Shown here in pieces: positions 28,822 through 41,487 of a stretch of DNA of 64,000 nucleotides. How positions within the stretch are numbered: position 1 is the stretch's first letter; each line of letters starts with the position of its first letter. A model generated the notes under the pieces. It did not search any database. It was not told where the DNA came from and was given only the letters and a program-made list of their open reading frames with translations. Source of the stretch: the human T2T-CHM13v2.0 reference genome, Homo sapiens; assembly GCF_009914755.1 (NCBI RefSeq), contig NC_060927.1. One strand, given 5' to 3'. The translations under genes were made by a program, and so were the position numbers.

Positions 28822-30151
28822 TGTGTCCGGAATTGGTGGGTTCTGGGTCTCACTGACTTCAAGAATGAAGCCGTGGACCCTAACGGTGAGTATTACAGCC
28901 CTTAAGGTGGCGCGTCTGGAGTTTGCTCCTCCTGATGTTTGGATGTGTTCGGAATTTCTTCCTTCTCGTGGGTTCGCGGTCTCCCCGGCTCAGGAATGAA
29001 ACTGCAGACCTTAGCGGTGTTACGGCTCATAAAGGCAGTGTGGACCCAAAAAGTGAGCATTAGCGGGATTTATTGCAAAGAGCGAAAGAACAAAGGTTCC
29101 ACAGTGTGGAAGGGGACCCCAGCGGGTTGCCACTGCTGCCTGGCGCAGCCTGCTTTTATTCTTATCTGGCCCCACCCACATCCTGCTGATTGGTAGAGCC
29201 CAGTGGTCTGTTTTGACAGGGCGCTGATTGGTCCCTTTACAATCCCTGAGCTAGACACAAAGGTTCTCCACGTCCCCACTGGATTAGCTAGATACAGAGT
29301 GTCCACACAAAGGTTCTCCAAGGCCCCACCAGAGTAGCTAGATACAGAGTGTGGATTGGTGCATTCACAAACCCTGAGCTAGACACAGGGTGCTGATTTG
29401 CTGATTGGTGTGTTTACAAACCTTGAGCTAGATACAGAGTGCCAAGTGGTGTATTTACAATCCCTGAGCTAGACATAAAGGTTCTCCACCTCCCCACCAG
29501 ACTCAGGAGCCCAGCTGGCTTCACCCAGTGGATCCCACACCAGGGCTGCAGATGGAGCTGCCTACCAGTCCCACGCCGTGCGCCCGCACTCCTCAGCCCT
29601 TGGGTGGTCGACGGGACTGGGCGCCATGGAGCAGAGGGTGGTGTTCGTCGAGGAGGCTAGGGCCGCACAGGAGCCCACGGAGGGGGTGGAAGGCTCAGGC
29701 ATGGCGGGCTGCAGGTCCCGAGCCCTGCCCGACGGGAAGGCAGCTAAGGCCCGGCGAGAAATCGAGCGCAGCGCCGGTGGGCTGGCACTGCTGGGGGACC
29801 CAGTACAGCCTCCGCAGCCGCTGGCCCGGGTGCTAAGCCCCTCATTGCCCGGGGTCGGCAGGGCCGGCCGGCTGCTCTGAGTGCGGGGCCCGCCAAGCCC
29901 ACGCCCACCCGGAACTCCAGCTGGCTCGCAAGCGCCGCGCGCAGCTCCGGTTCCCGCTCGCGCCTCTCCCTCCACACCTCCCTGCAAGCTGAGGGAGCCG
30001 GCTCCGGCCTTGGCCAGCCCAGAAAGGGGCTCCCACAGTGCAGCGGTGGGCTGAAGGGCTCTTCAAGTGCCGCCAAAGTGGGAGCCCAGGCAGAGGAGGC
30101 GCCGAGAGCGAGCGAGCGCTGTGAGGACTGCCAGCACCCTGTCACCTCTGA
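28822..30151 (-). mobile_element. LTR12C (ERV9) solo LTR
   Basis: Minus strand begins TCAGAGGTGACAGGGTGCTGGCAGTCCTCACAG and ends CCACCAATTCCGGACACA; CpG-rich U3; tandem enhancer repeats; 4-bp TSD GTAT at 28818-28821 and 30152-30155. Confidence 0.96.
29155..29470 (-). promoter_or_regulatory. ERV9 LTR enhancer/promoter: four CCAAT boxes, GATA-containing repeats, AATAAA TATA-equivalent
   Basis: ATTGG at 29189, 29227, 29355, 29404; repeated GCTAGATACAGAGT; TTTATT at 29155-29160; activity not shown. Confidence 0.65.
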
Positions 30152-31904
30152 GTATCATGGCCAGGATATATGAGGTAAAATGAAAACCCATGGAATTCAC
30201 TATTTTGTTATTTTTCAGGTCCTGAGGTCCCTAGCTGGTCTACCTTCTTTCCACATTCCAGTGTCGTCTTATGTTTATGTATAATTTCCAGTGCTTTTAG
30301 CTTCACTTAACAATAAAAAAATATGGAAAAGTATGCCTAATGCATCTTTCCAAAGGTGAAAGTTTACTTTCTTATCTACTAAGTAGAATATTTGAAACAT
30401 ATAAAATATTGTAACAATTATGCAATTTGCAATTTTTAATATGATGAACACTTGTGAATTCCCTGCTCAATCCGAGAAGCAGAAAGTGATCTGTGAGTGT
30501 ATGAAATAAACCTACGCTCATTCGCTGCCCCCAGGTTTAAACTAAATTTCCTACTTACCAGTATCTTTCATATTTTAATAGGTTTATCTTGTTTTACATA
30601 TTTATTTTACCTATTCTAAAATGATGTCCTGTTTATCTACAAGCATGGATTTTTTATGGTAAGGTGATGGTGTTCTGCAAATTGCTTATAAAAGTACTTA
30701 CATTTTGGTTTATTTAATTAAAAAACAATTTAAACTTTAAAAGCTCTTCTTGCAAAACATATATCCTAAGAAAATAATATTCTTGACAAAATATTCGAAG
30801 CTTTTTTTAAAATCTAACTTTGCCTCATTTGACATTTTTATATGTTCAACATTTCTATGTGACACATACATAAACTAGAAAATAATTAGGATGTGCTAGT
30901 TTGTGTCTACTTCTCATTTTTTTTTTGAGTAAGGCATATTTATCCAGACACAGTGATAGCTTGCTTGGTATTATTCACATGTGCATTCACAGACCCATAA
31001 ATTGTATCCTGAAAGGGGTCATGACACTGAACTTATTCCAAATGTCACTTCTCATTTCAGCATCTCAAACTGTGTGATAAATGAAACAGTTTGGATTTCC
31101 CACCTGTCACACTTTTAAAAATCAAAGTTGAAGAGCACATTCTAGTTAATGAGTCCAAATTTTAAGCAAAGAAAATCAAAAGATTCACAGATGGTATTGT
31201 TGCTGCTGCTTCTCTATATATCTGTTAAGTTCTTTCTTCCTTTAAATAAAAATCTACACTTGCAGGCTATTCAGAACAGAAACATGCTTCTGAAGCTAAG
31301 ACACAAAGTTGGATTTTTCAGCATTATTAAAACTGAAAATCCTAGAAACTTTAATTGGGTTTTGATTTAATTATAGCATAATATCCATAAATACTTCAAT
31401 AACACACATCATAGAGCTACAATTTATCAGGCTTTAAAGGTTAGCTATGACTAATATTTTGAATTTTGATTATAAATTAAATACACTTAGTGGATCTTAT
31501 TTTCTCATTTTAAACAGAAATATAAATTGGAGTAGGTCTCCATAACAACAGTACAGATATATTAATGAGTAAAAATGTCAGGTAATTTTTCCCTTTGAAA
31601 ACTTGCTCAAAAAATTCCACAAATTATATTTTTGCAAGCAAAGTTACTACTTTTTTATTATTAAAGAAAGTGTTTATTTGTTCAGATAATGGCTTTTAAC
31701 CCTTGCTGTACATCAGAATCATTTGGAGAGTTTTAAAAAATATTGATATCAGGATACCCTGGTTTCTCCCCCTACGAACGATCCTTTTAAGAAATATATA
31801 GGCATGTGTATGTGTATATATATATTTATCCAGGCACAGTGATAACTATATATATGAAATACTGTGTCTGTGAATTTCTAAGTATTTTGCAATTCTTAAC
31901 TTAG

Positions 31905-32085
31905 GTCATCTTCATCATAAGCCTATGAGGTAGGCAATATTAGGATCTTGTTTTATAGTTGAGAAAAATGAGGCTCAGAGGGGTCAGTTATCAAAGAATG
32001 TGCAGCTAATTATGGGAAGAACTAGGATATAAACCCAGGCAATCTGGCTCTAGATCATTCTTTACAATTAAGCTATGTTGCCTCA
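31905..32085 (-). mobile_element. MIR SINE
   Basis: CCTATGAGGTAGG...TTTTATAGTTGAGAAAAATGAGGCTCAGAGGGGT...AAACCCAGGCAATCTGGCTCTAGA. Confidence 0.8.
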
Positions 32086-32495
32086 ATTTCTACAACTCCC
32101 CAAAGTTATTGGAGATGACATTAAAGTTAAAAACAAGAAATTCATTTTTAATATTTTAAATAATAAGATAAGTTCTCAATTTTAATTTCTTTGAGAGTCA
32201 TATTTTGTTTCTCTCTCTTTATCTTTCTGCATCAGTTTTCTACTTCTGGCTAACAACAAATGACCAATTACCTTTCTGATCAATACTTGCTATTCTATAT
32301 CTTTACCTTCATTAACATCTACTAAAAATACCTTTCTCGTATAATATTTCCTGTATCATTTCAGTCATTACTAAGTGTCCTTTCATAATTCTTGCATCTT
32401 TAAAATTACGTATATTGCTTGTTCCCCTTTATGTGAATTTGTGTGAATTATTGGATGCCAACTTGGCTGTTTAGTTAAGAGTGTTTCAAGGCCAA

Positions 32496-32868
32496 TGTAT
32501 TAGTCCGTTCTCATACTGCTGTGAAGAAATACCCGAGACTGGGTAATTTATAAAGAAAAGGAGGTTTAACAGACTCACAGTTCCACATGGCTGGTGAGAC
32601 CTCACAATCATGGTGGAAGGTGAAGGAGAAGCAAAGGCACATCTTACATGATGGCAGGCAAGAGGAGTGCCAAGCAAAAGGGGGGAAAGCCCCTCATAAA
32701 ACCATCAGATCTCATGAGAACACACTCACTATCATGAGAACAGCAGCATGGGGGTAACTGCCTCCATGATTCAATTTCCTCCCATTGGGTCCCTCCCAGG
32801 ACATGTTGGGATTATAGAACCTATCATTCAAGATGAGATTTGGGTGGAGACACAACCAAACCACATCA
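32496..32868 (-). mobile_element. THE1C/D solo LTR
   Basis: TGTATTAGTCCGTTCTCA...AAACCACATCA termini; TSD GCCAA/GCCAG. Confidence 0.93.
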
Positions 32869-33582
32869 GCCAGGCACTGAGTGGAGAGACGCAGGGGACA
32901 GGCATGCTCCACAATCACATCGAATGATAGCTGCATTGTGGTAACAGAAAGAAAACAGAAGTGGCATTCATTTCCCCTGCCTGAGGATTATCATGATTTT
33001 TCCCTTTCTCCAGTCAGAGGAAAGACATCTTCTCTATAATCTGGCTACAGAGTGGCTTCAGGACAAAAAGAGTATACAATCACAACATGTGCCTTGAGAA
33101 CCATGTCTATGTAAAGGTGGTTCTTATTAGTCACTAATAAACAGGCTATGTTGGTTTACATCCACACTTTATCTTAACCAATGAATTGAAAGTACTCAAT
33201 GTTTAGACAAAATCTCATAAGATTGTAACCAATTTGTTATTTTATGTCTGATTCCTTTATAAATTTAAAATGTGGTGAATATATATACAAAGGATAAATG
33301 AGATTCAGCTCAAAAGATATTTCTCAAAGTACATCTTCCAAATAATATTTATTTCAGTGAAGTGCATCTGGGAGACAATTATTTTTTGAAACAAATCCTG
33401 TTTGAATTAATAAATGGGTATATGAATAATTCAATGAACAATATATAGCTCAAAAATTGTTTTGTTCTTACCCATCAGCACTTGTCAGTGAAATCATATC
33501 TACAGAAGAATGGGAACTGTAGAATTATATCTACAAAAGAATACTACAAAGATTTAATATTATTTCTGCATTAAATAACCTC

Positions 33583-34010
33583 ATGTTTTTTTTCTTATTG
33601 CTGCTACAAGTTATCACAAATTTAGTAGCTTACATAACACAAATGTATTATCAGAAATAATAAATTCAGAGATCAGAAGTGTAAAATGAGTCTTAGACCA
33701 CTAAAATCAAGTTATTGGCAAGGCTGATTGCTTCTGGAGGCTACATGGGAGAATCAATTCCTTACCTCTTCCAGGTGCTAGAAGCATCAGGCATTCCTTG
33801 GCTCCTGACCACATCACACAAATCTTCTCTCTCCTCCCTCCCGCGTATAAGTCCCTTGTGATTACATTGGGCTCACCTAGATAATACAGCCTCCCTACCT
33901 CCTTAATTTATTTGGACCTGCTAGGCCTCTTTAGCATATAAGCTAACACAAACCCAGGTTTCAGAAATTAGGAAGTAGATACCTCTGAGGAGCCATTATT
34001 CAGTCTACTC
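33583..34010 (-). mobile_element. MLT1D-like solo LTR
   Basis: CACAAATTTAGTAGCTT, CTAAAATCAAG, CTTCTGGAGGCT, GATTACATTGGGCTCACCTAGATAAT motifs. Confidence 0.75.
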
Positions 34011-34981
34011 CTATCACCCCCGAAAATAACCTGAAATAAATCTGTTTCCAATGTGCTGAATAGCTATGAAGAAGCACAAGAAATACTATTCCAGGTTAAA
34101 TCAAGGAATAACATTCAGGAATCCAGGGTTCCCTAACCTAACTGGGCCTTCACATGTTTATGATAGGCTACACACCTGACCTAAATACCACTGTCGATTT
34201 CAGTTTGCCCCTAACAATATTGTACAAGCTGCTGGACGAAGAAAAGCACTGAAGTAATACTTAACTGGAAAACAATCAGACAAAGGCAGCTGTCATGAGA
34301 AGTGGATATTTAAAAATAAATTAGTAAGGAATGCAAGGGGAAAAGTCTCCTTTGACCATATTTTGATGTAAAGTGGAATTATGTTCCAATCTTTCAAGGA
34401 CATAAAAATATTTTTTGCTAATGTATTACCTAGGAATTATTTGGGTCCGTATAACAGAAACCTGATAAAGTCTTAAGTGGGAGTCTTATTTTCCTTACTT
34501 AAAAACAATCTGGAAGTGGAAAGGTTACTGCTAGCTTGAAAGCTCATTCTTTCTCTCTCTCTCTCTCTGCTCTGCTACACAATTTGATTGTTACTAGATG
34601 GCTGTACTATCCTCAGGCATCAGATCCTTATTTCAGATATCAGGCAGGAAGAAAGGAACAAGAACATATATATTATTTGTTTGCCACACTTGTCACTTAT
34701 TATCAGGAAAGTAAATTTTTTTCCTGAGGCCGTACTCACAACATGTGTGCTTACATTGCATTTGCAAGACTTGGCCACATGGCTACACCAAGATATCATA
34801 GAGCCTAGGAATGATCTGAGCATACTATTTTCCAAAAATCAAAAGATTAGATTTTGACCCTGCGACTATCAATATCTGTTAGAGTTTGTTTTCTTATATT
34901 GCAGTTTCACATATTATTCATAATTAAGGGTATGATTCTCACAAAGAAAGTTTAGTGGGCAGCATTTTAAAATCACCTGCA

Positions 34982-35077
34982 GCACACCAGCATGGCACAT
35001 GTATACATATGTAACAAACCTGCACGTTGTGCACATGTATCCTAGAACTTAAAGTATAATAAAAAAATAAATAAAAT
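34982..35077 (+). mobile_element. 96-bp L1PA5-like 3' terminal fragment
   Basis: L1 3' UTR end plus A-rich tail; TSD AAAATCACCTGCA at 34969-34981 and 35078-35090. Confidence 0.93.
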
Positions 35078-37989
35078 AAAATCACCTGCAAAACTTAATC
35101 AAAATACACATGGCCCCCAGCTTCTCCATTATGACAATGATATTATAAGGTATGTTATAGCCATAAGGCATATACATAGATATTTTGAAGAGGAATCCCT
35201 TACTTCCTCTTTCCCATGCCTCAGGATTTGAGAACCATTAGACTAATCATGTAATTAATAATAAACTATCATGTTCAGTACAATAAAAGTATGTGTCTGT
35301 AATCTGTATATAATGACTATGCATGAGAAAACTAAGGGCAGATGTTTCTTACTCTATTTTTATATTTTTTATTTCACTGAAAGCTAAACATAAGAAGCAT
35401 CTAAACAATAAGACCCAGAAAATGTAGAGAACATATTCAAAACATGTATCCTACATTGTTCAATATGAGATAACACTTTAAGAAAAATTCTGCCAAACCT
35501 TAGTAATTTGCGGGAAATATTAAAATAATTTACATATCATTACTGAGAAAGGAGCTAGTCTAGAGAAACTTATTAATCATTACTTTTATTTTTTTCATAT
35601 TTAATGATGGGAAAAATACAGTCCATTTTATTGTATGCTATATTGTAAAACATAATTTAAAATTCTTATTCAAAGGAAAAACATTTCTCGCAAAATTTAA
35701 GATAGTGTTGTCTATCTGTTCTTCATAGCTACAATATTTTTCCTGGAATAAAAATAATTAATTGACATAGCAGGAACTACCTTAATTTCTTCCTAAAATT
35801 GACTTAGTAAGTGTTATGTTGTTTAATATAGAAATAAATGAGTTAATGAGTAAGTTTATTATACTTGTCCTGTAAAATATTGTGGTGGATGAAAAAGCAA
35901 GTGTTTCTTTTTAATAAATGAAGCAATTGAAAGTTTTGTTATTTTTTCATGATAACCTCCAGAGCAGATGAGTAGATGGAACTCTTGCAAGTCAGCGCTA
36001 TACCTATTCAATCGTAGTCTATGGGCTGACTGAGAAAGGGAAGAGTAAGCAGAAAGAAATAGAAAACTTCAAGGTTCAGTTGAACAAAAATAAAAATAAA
36101 TTGGAATAATTAACATTCACATGCCGAGAAGATTGTTTGTGTGTTTCTGTAACTTTTTGCAAGGTGATTTTATATTTGAGCAACCTTGCTTTTCATGAAT
36201 GAAAGATAATCTTTAAGACTACTCATTTTTATGCCAAAAGAAATTTAATGTCTTATTTTCTAGAATTCCTATTTATGAAGAGATAATGAATTGGAATGGA
36301 AACATTACTTCATATTGGAAGGAACATCACAGACTTTTACAAATTTAGAGTTAAGGAGTTCATTTTGTTTTATTTGTATACTCTGGTTTCACATTCGTTC
36401 TGAGGGAATTGTCTTCACAACACCCTCAAAAGAGAGAAGTTTCAGTTTGTTTTTACACACATGTACGTAGGTCCTAGAACATGGCATCGTCACCAAGCCA
36501 CAGTCAGTTTTGACCAGAGCTAGTCAATGAACACACACACACAAACACACACACACACATGCAAACAGCCTAAGAAGTGGTCTAGACAAAGTTGCCTAAA
36601 CATGGTGATGAATAACTTTAATCGCATAATGTTACTTGTTTAGTCAAACTAATGGTGGAGTACTAGGTTTACCAGCAGTTTTAAACTTCTGTGGAAACAG
36701 CTATTATTCTTCAGAAGCCAATGAGTTGAGTTATGATTATGACATGCTGAAACTATCACTTCGTTATAAAGCCATTATAGAGTCTGTGAGGCTTTACCCT
36801 TAAGTAAAGCTTCTTGCTCTTGGTTATTTCCATATATCTCCAGGTTGTTAACCTGAATTTCTAGAAATAAATTGAATGAAGGGTATGCAGTATTACACAA
36901 ATATATGTAATTGTAGAAAGCCCTCATTATGTAATGACTTTCCAGAGTTTGAAGGTAGTTTAGGTATAGACATCCAAAGTAAAAACCCTGTGCATAGAAT
37001 TTAAAGTAGTGGGAAATTTGTCACCATACTTTTGAGAATGCCTGTGTACTAGTAAATATTTCTAGTCCGCAGACATAAATCAGCTTGATAACAGTGTCCA
37101 ACAAATATCTATAAGTACATTAATAAAGGACATCATGTGCAAGCTGAGAATTATTTTCATACAGTCTATGTAATTATACTTTTTGAAAGAAGAAAAAATG
37201 AAAATGATTGTTTCTGCAATATAATATAGTGATGCTGAGCCTCCTAGCAGTACTCACACAGTTGGGAACTTCTGGCTTTGGTGTTTATTAACAATGACAC
37301 TGGTTTACACGACACTTTTTTGTACAAGCAGGAGGCTGTTTGGGATTTTAAAATGTGAATTTTAGTTCCATTGTATTTTCACTGAATTATTAGCTAGGGA
37401 ATTATTTAATATTACTAGAGTTATTCACTTAGAAACTGATTATAGATTTTTTTTGGTGTGTTAATGAAGTATGAGTTTTCTTGCATCTGCAGGGCAACTT
37501 AAATGCCGTTCCGAGAATTCTTTTTTAAGGTAAATTGCATATTTTACTGTTACTTTGGTAGAAAACATTCTAATATAAAGATAATATTATTTACACTTAA
37601 AATAGGGGAGTATTACAATTACTTAAATTATTCTCATACTTTAGAAATATTATTAAATATTTTGTGACTAATTTAATTTAAGTTGCAATAAAATGGGTTG
37701 AAAATATGTATTTTTCAGAAGTAGGTGTGGGGAGGGGTGATTATGCTTAAAATAGTATAACATTTGGGTACTATATACAATAAAACTTGGTCATAGTCTC
37801 TAGTTTGCATCTCAATATAGTTCAAAAGAAGGACTCAGAGCAGATTTTTAAATAATCTAGTTAAATGCCATTCTATTAATCTTTGCCTTGCTATGCTCTG
37901 TTTTCATGCTACAAATATATAATATTGTTCTCCTATTTCTGATTCCCTTTGCTCTTTATATAATCATTTGATTGTATTGATGACTAGAA

Positions 37990-38460
37990 TTATGATCATG
38001 ATTGTTATAATTATACCTGGCACATTTACTGTGTACCAGACAATATTCTAAACACTTTACATACATGATTTAATTTTATATTCAAATCAACCCAATGCAA
38101 TCGGCAGGTTAATTGGATTGGCTCTGGAGTCAGATGCACCATACTCTATCTTCTACTCTACCAAAAATGAGCAATGTGAGCTTATTTTGTATTTCTCTAT
38201 GTTAGTTATCTCATCGATAAAATAAAGATGATAATAATATGGACTTTTAAGACTATTATGAGAATTAAATAAGTTCTTGGCACAGGATAAGCCGTTAATA
38301 AATTATAGTTGCTGTGATTAATGTAACTGTCTCCATTTTACAGTTGAGAAAACTGAGGTTTAAAGAAATTAATCAATTTGCCAATATAATAGAGCGGTTA
38401 ATTGGTTTATGCAGGGTTTAGATCCAGATTTTACTTCTGATATCAAACCACAATTTTAAA
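37990..38460. mobile_element. MIR cluster: sense MIR (about 38105-38310) between antisense MIR pieces
   Basis: GGCTCTGGAGTCAGA...GATAAAATAAAGATGATAAT (sense); CCATTTTACAGTTGAGAAAACTGAGG (antisense). Confidence 0.65.
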
Positions 38461-39393
38461 TAATATGGTCCTATATCTGAAATCCAGTTTTTTCAAAAAT
38501 TTTCAATATTTTAACTTTTTAACCATGTAGAAATCTAAACTATGTTTTAAAAGTTGATTATTTTTTATGGATATAATTGAAGACGGGGAATGATGTCTCA
38601 TGCTAGGTAAATATTTACCAATATTGCACATAAATAGAGTAAGAATGGAGGTTCCTTCTATTTTGAGAGTTATCCCTTTGCTAGCATATGTGCATAGTAA
38701 AATACTTGTTGGGAAGAGGACATGGTCCTCTGAACAGATGCATGTGCTTCTATGTATAAATTGAAGAACGAAAGTGAATTAGCAATTGTGAATTTGGGGA
38801 TGGAGGAAGCATGACAACCGATATTTATGGGGAAATAAGTAATAATTACTGTCAGAGTACTGTGACTCTATAAATTCATTGTTATATTAATTAGCAAATG
38901 ATCCTACAAGTCATTATTATCTCTATTATAGAGATAAAAGTGATACTAATACATATTGGGTAACTTGCTGGCAACATCATAGTAATGACATAAAATATTA
39001 ACAGCAAAAAAAGAAAGAAAAGAGAAATAACATTTTTAGTTGAAGTTAGGAATATGTGCATCTGTTGCAAGCAAGCTTGAAGGTCATCTAGAATGGCATT
39101 CTAATATCTGGTGACAGTTTTAAATAAACATCTCACAGATGCAGTGTTCAACAGTATTGGCTGATAATACTACTGGCACCGAACCAGCATTGAACTCCAT
39201 TTTTCCAGTATCTCTTGCTGACCCAAGTCTTTGATTGGGTATGCACTTCACTGATCTTCATGAATAATCCTTACACAATTGCCACATTTTGATTAGTTTT
39301 TAAGCAAAATTGTTACATTCGGCCAACTTTATCTATTTGCTAAAAACGAAACAAGAACTACTGAGTTAGAATCAGTTAAAAATGATCTTGGTG

Positions 39394-39622
39394 GGACCAG
39401 GTGCAGTGGCTCACACCTGTAACCCCAGCACTTTGGGAGGTGGAGGCTAGTGAATCATTTGAGATCAGGAGTTCGAGACCAGCCTGACCAACATGTTAAA
39501 ACCCCTTCTATACTCGGGAGGCTGGGGTACGGAGAATCACTTAAACCCTGGAGATGGAGGTTGCCGTCAGCTGAGATTGTGCCATGGGATTCCATCCTGG
39601 CAACAGAGCAAGACTCGAAAAA
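39394..39622 (+). mobile_element. AluS with internal deletion of about 50 bp
   Basis: Left arm joins right arm at TCTATACT|CGGGAGG; TSD AAAAATGATCTTG at 39378-39390 and 39623-39635. Confidence 0.9.
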
Positions 39623-41151
39623 AAAAATGATCTTGATCAAAATTACTAGATAACATAAGCCAGGTAGGCACATTTGTGCTGAGTAAACCCTACATATGAA
39701 GCACAGTAACATTATTACAATAAATTTAGAGCTGCGGGACATTGTCTCCAACTCCTTGTTGGAGAAGTCATTCAGCAGAAAAGTAGGGGTCCCTACTTGT
39801 AGTAGAAACCCCTGAAAGCCAGTTCAATTTGCTGTGATTGAAAGATGAAATAAAGCAAGCACAGAACTGAAGATAAAATTGTTTCTGCTGTTAAAAACAT
39901 TCCTTCAATTTTTGGAGATAATACCCATCTCATCCTGAGGACAATGACTATTGCTAAAATGAATTGGAATGTGAGATGAAGAGAGAGTTTCAGATTAAAC
40001 AGAAGGAGACTCAAGGTGTGAAAATCACCCAGTATTATTGTCTCTAAAATAGAGTAACGATATACTTGTCATTGGATTTTCTGGAAGATTAACTGAGATT
40101 ATGCATAAGATAGTCCCTAAGTACATAACACAAACTAAAATTTTATTTTGTTCTCTCTCAGCATTCCTCTGCACAAAGTAAAAGCCCTCATTTACGCATT
40201 AACTCTATCAAGTCTCCCTCAAGAAATACATAAATAATAATAATAAGCAGAAACATAATTTTTAAAGATTATTGTCTCTTGTGGTCTGTAGGTTAACAAT
40301 ATATCTTTGCATAGCCAGGATTCTTTACAGTAACTATGTGCATGCTTTGGGATCAAGAGACTCCAAATTAAAATGTAAATCTCCTTTTCAGTAAAATTTG
40401 CAATTTCTGCAACAATAAGCAAGCTAATGGCATGCCGACTTTATTCAATATGGTTCAATTTATTGTGTTGCCCACAGTTAGTGTTTACCTTGAGGCCACT
40501 GAAATCCATTCCTACAAATGGAATGCCAGAGCTGAAACGTAACAATGTGGAAAGGCAGAAAATGGGGAGACTTATTTTAATCTCTTTCTCTTGATTTGAA
40601 GTCAGCTTTTAGTGACTGGATAAAGACTTCAGAGATAGCCCACTGTCTAAGAAACTTAGAACCCTCACTGAGACCATAGATTGAAATAGAGATGATTTGT
40701 ATCATCGATTAGATAATAAAAATAGAAAGTCATCAATCGTGATACTATAAAATTGTACATATAGCAGAATGTTTGGGAGATGGTGGGTAACATTTAATAA
40801 TTTAAACAGTTTTCAGTATATGTTTTTGTTTTGAATGTGGCTTGAATTATTTTATTCTGTGCAGGTTATGTTCTCTTGTTTAATTGAAAGTCTCATACAT
40901 TTCAAAACTATTTTTAAATAAAGTACATTTTTTTTTTATTTCTAGTATTCACGTTTCAGCAAAACCATGGGAATTGATTGTGTTTCATTACACTATCAAA
41001 GGTTTTATATATTTTATTTATTATAAAACAATATTTTCTATGTAATTTACACATATTAAATAGTTACATTAATTAAATGTTTATTCTGCTGAATATGAGA
41101 AATACAAAGATGATTGAGTCATTATGCTCTCTACCTTGTAGGAATTAATCT

Positions 41152-41487
41152 AGCATGTCATTGGTTAATAGAAATATAAAGTCCCCATTCTCCACAGAAA
41201 AAGAAAGAAATATAATGTAACTACATAGGTAATTTAAAATCTTCTAGTAGTAACATTAAGAAAGAAAAATAAAATTGTTCAATTAACTTTCACTATATGT
41301 TATATGTAAAATATTATATCAACATGTAATCAATGTAAACACTGATGAACTATTTTACATTATTGTTTAGATACATAGCTTTAGAAATTTTGCATGAGTT
41401 TTTTATAATTACAGTGCATCACTGACTACTCATATTTCAAGTTTTCAAAGGTCACATATGGGTAGTGGATATTATATTGGACAGTGA
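41152..41487. mobile_element. MER33 (hAT-Charlie) DNA transposon
   Basis: AATAGAAATATAA...GTAATTTAAAATCTTCTAGTAG...TCAACATGTAATCAAT...ATATTGGACAGTG. Confidence 0.8.

Noticed and set aside
29260-29500. Repeated units of about 40 bp resembling a CRISPR-like array
   Set aside because: Known ERV9/LTR12 enhancer tandem repeats, with no unique spacers, in a eukaryotic context
29439-30145. Overlapping 70-140 aa ORFs on both strands
   Set aside because: Stop-codon scarcity in the GC-rich LTR12C
32491-32873. Both THE1 insertions flanked by GCCAG-like TSDs
   Set aside because: Two 5-mers, one imperfect; coincidence cannot be excluded
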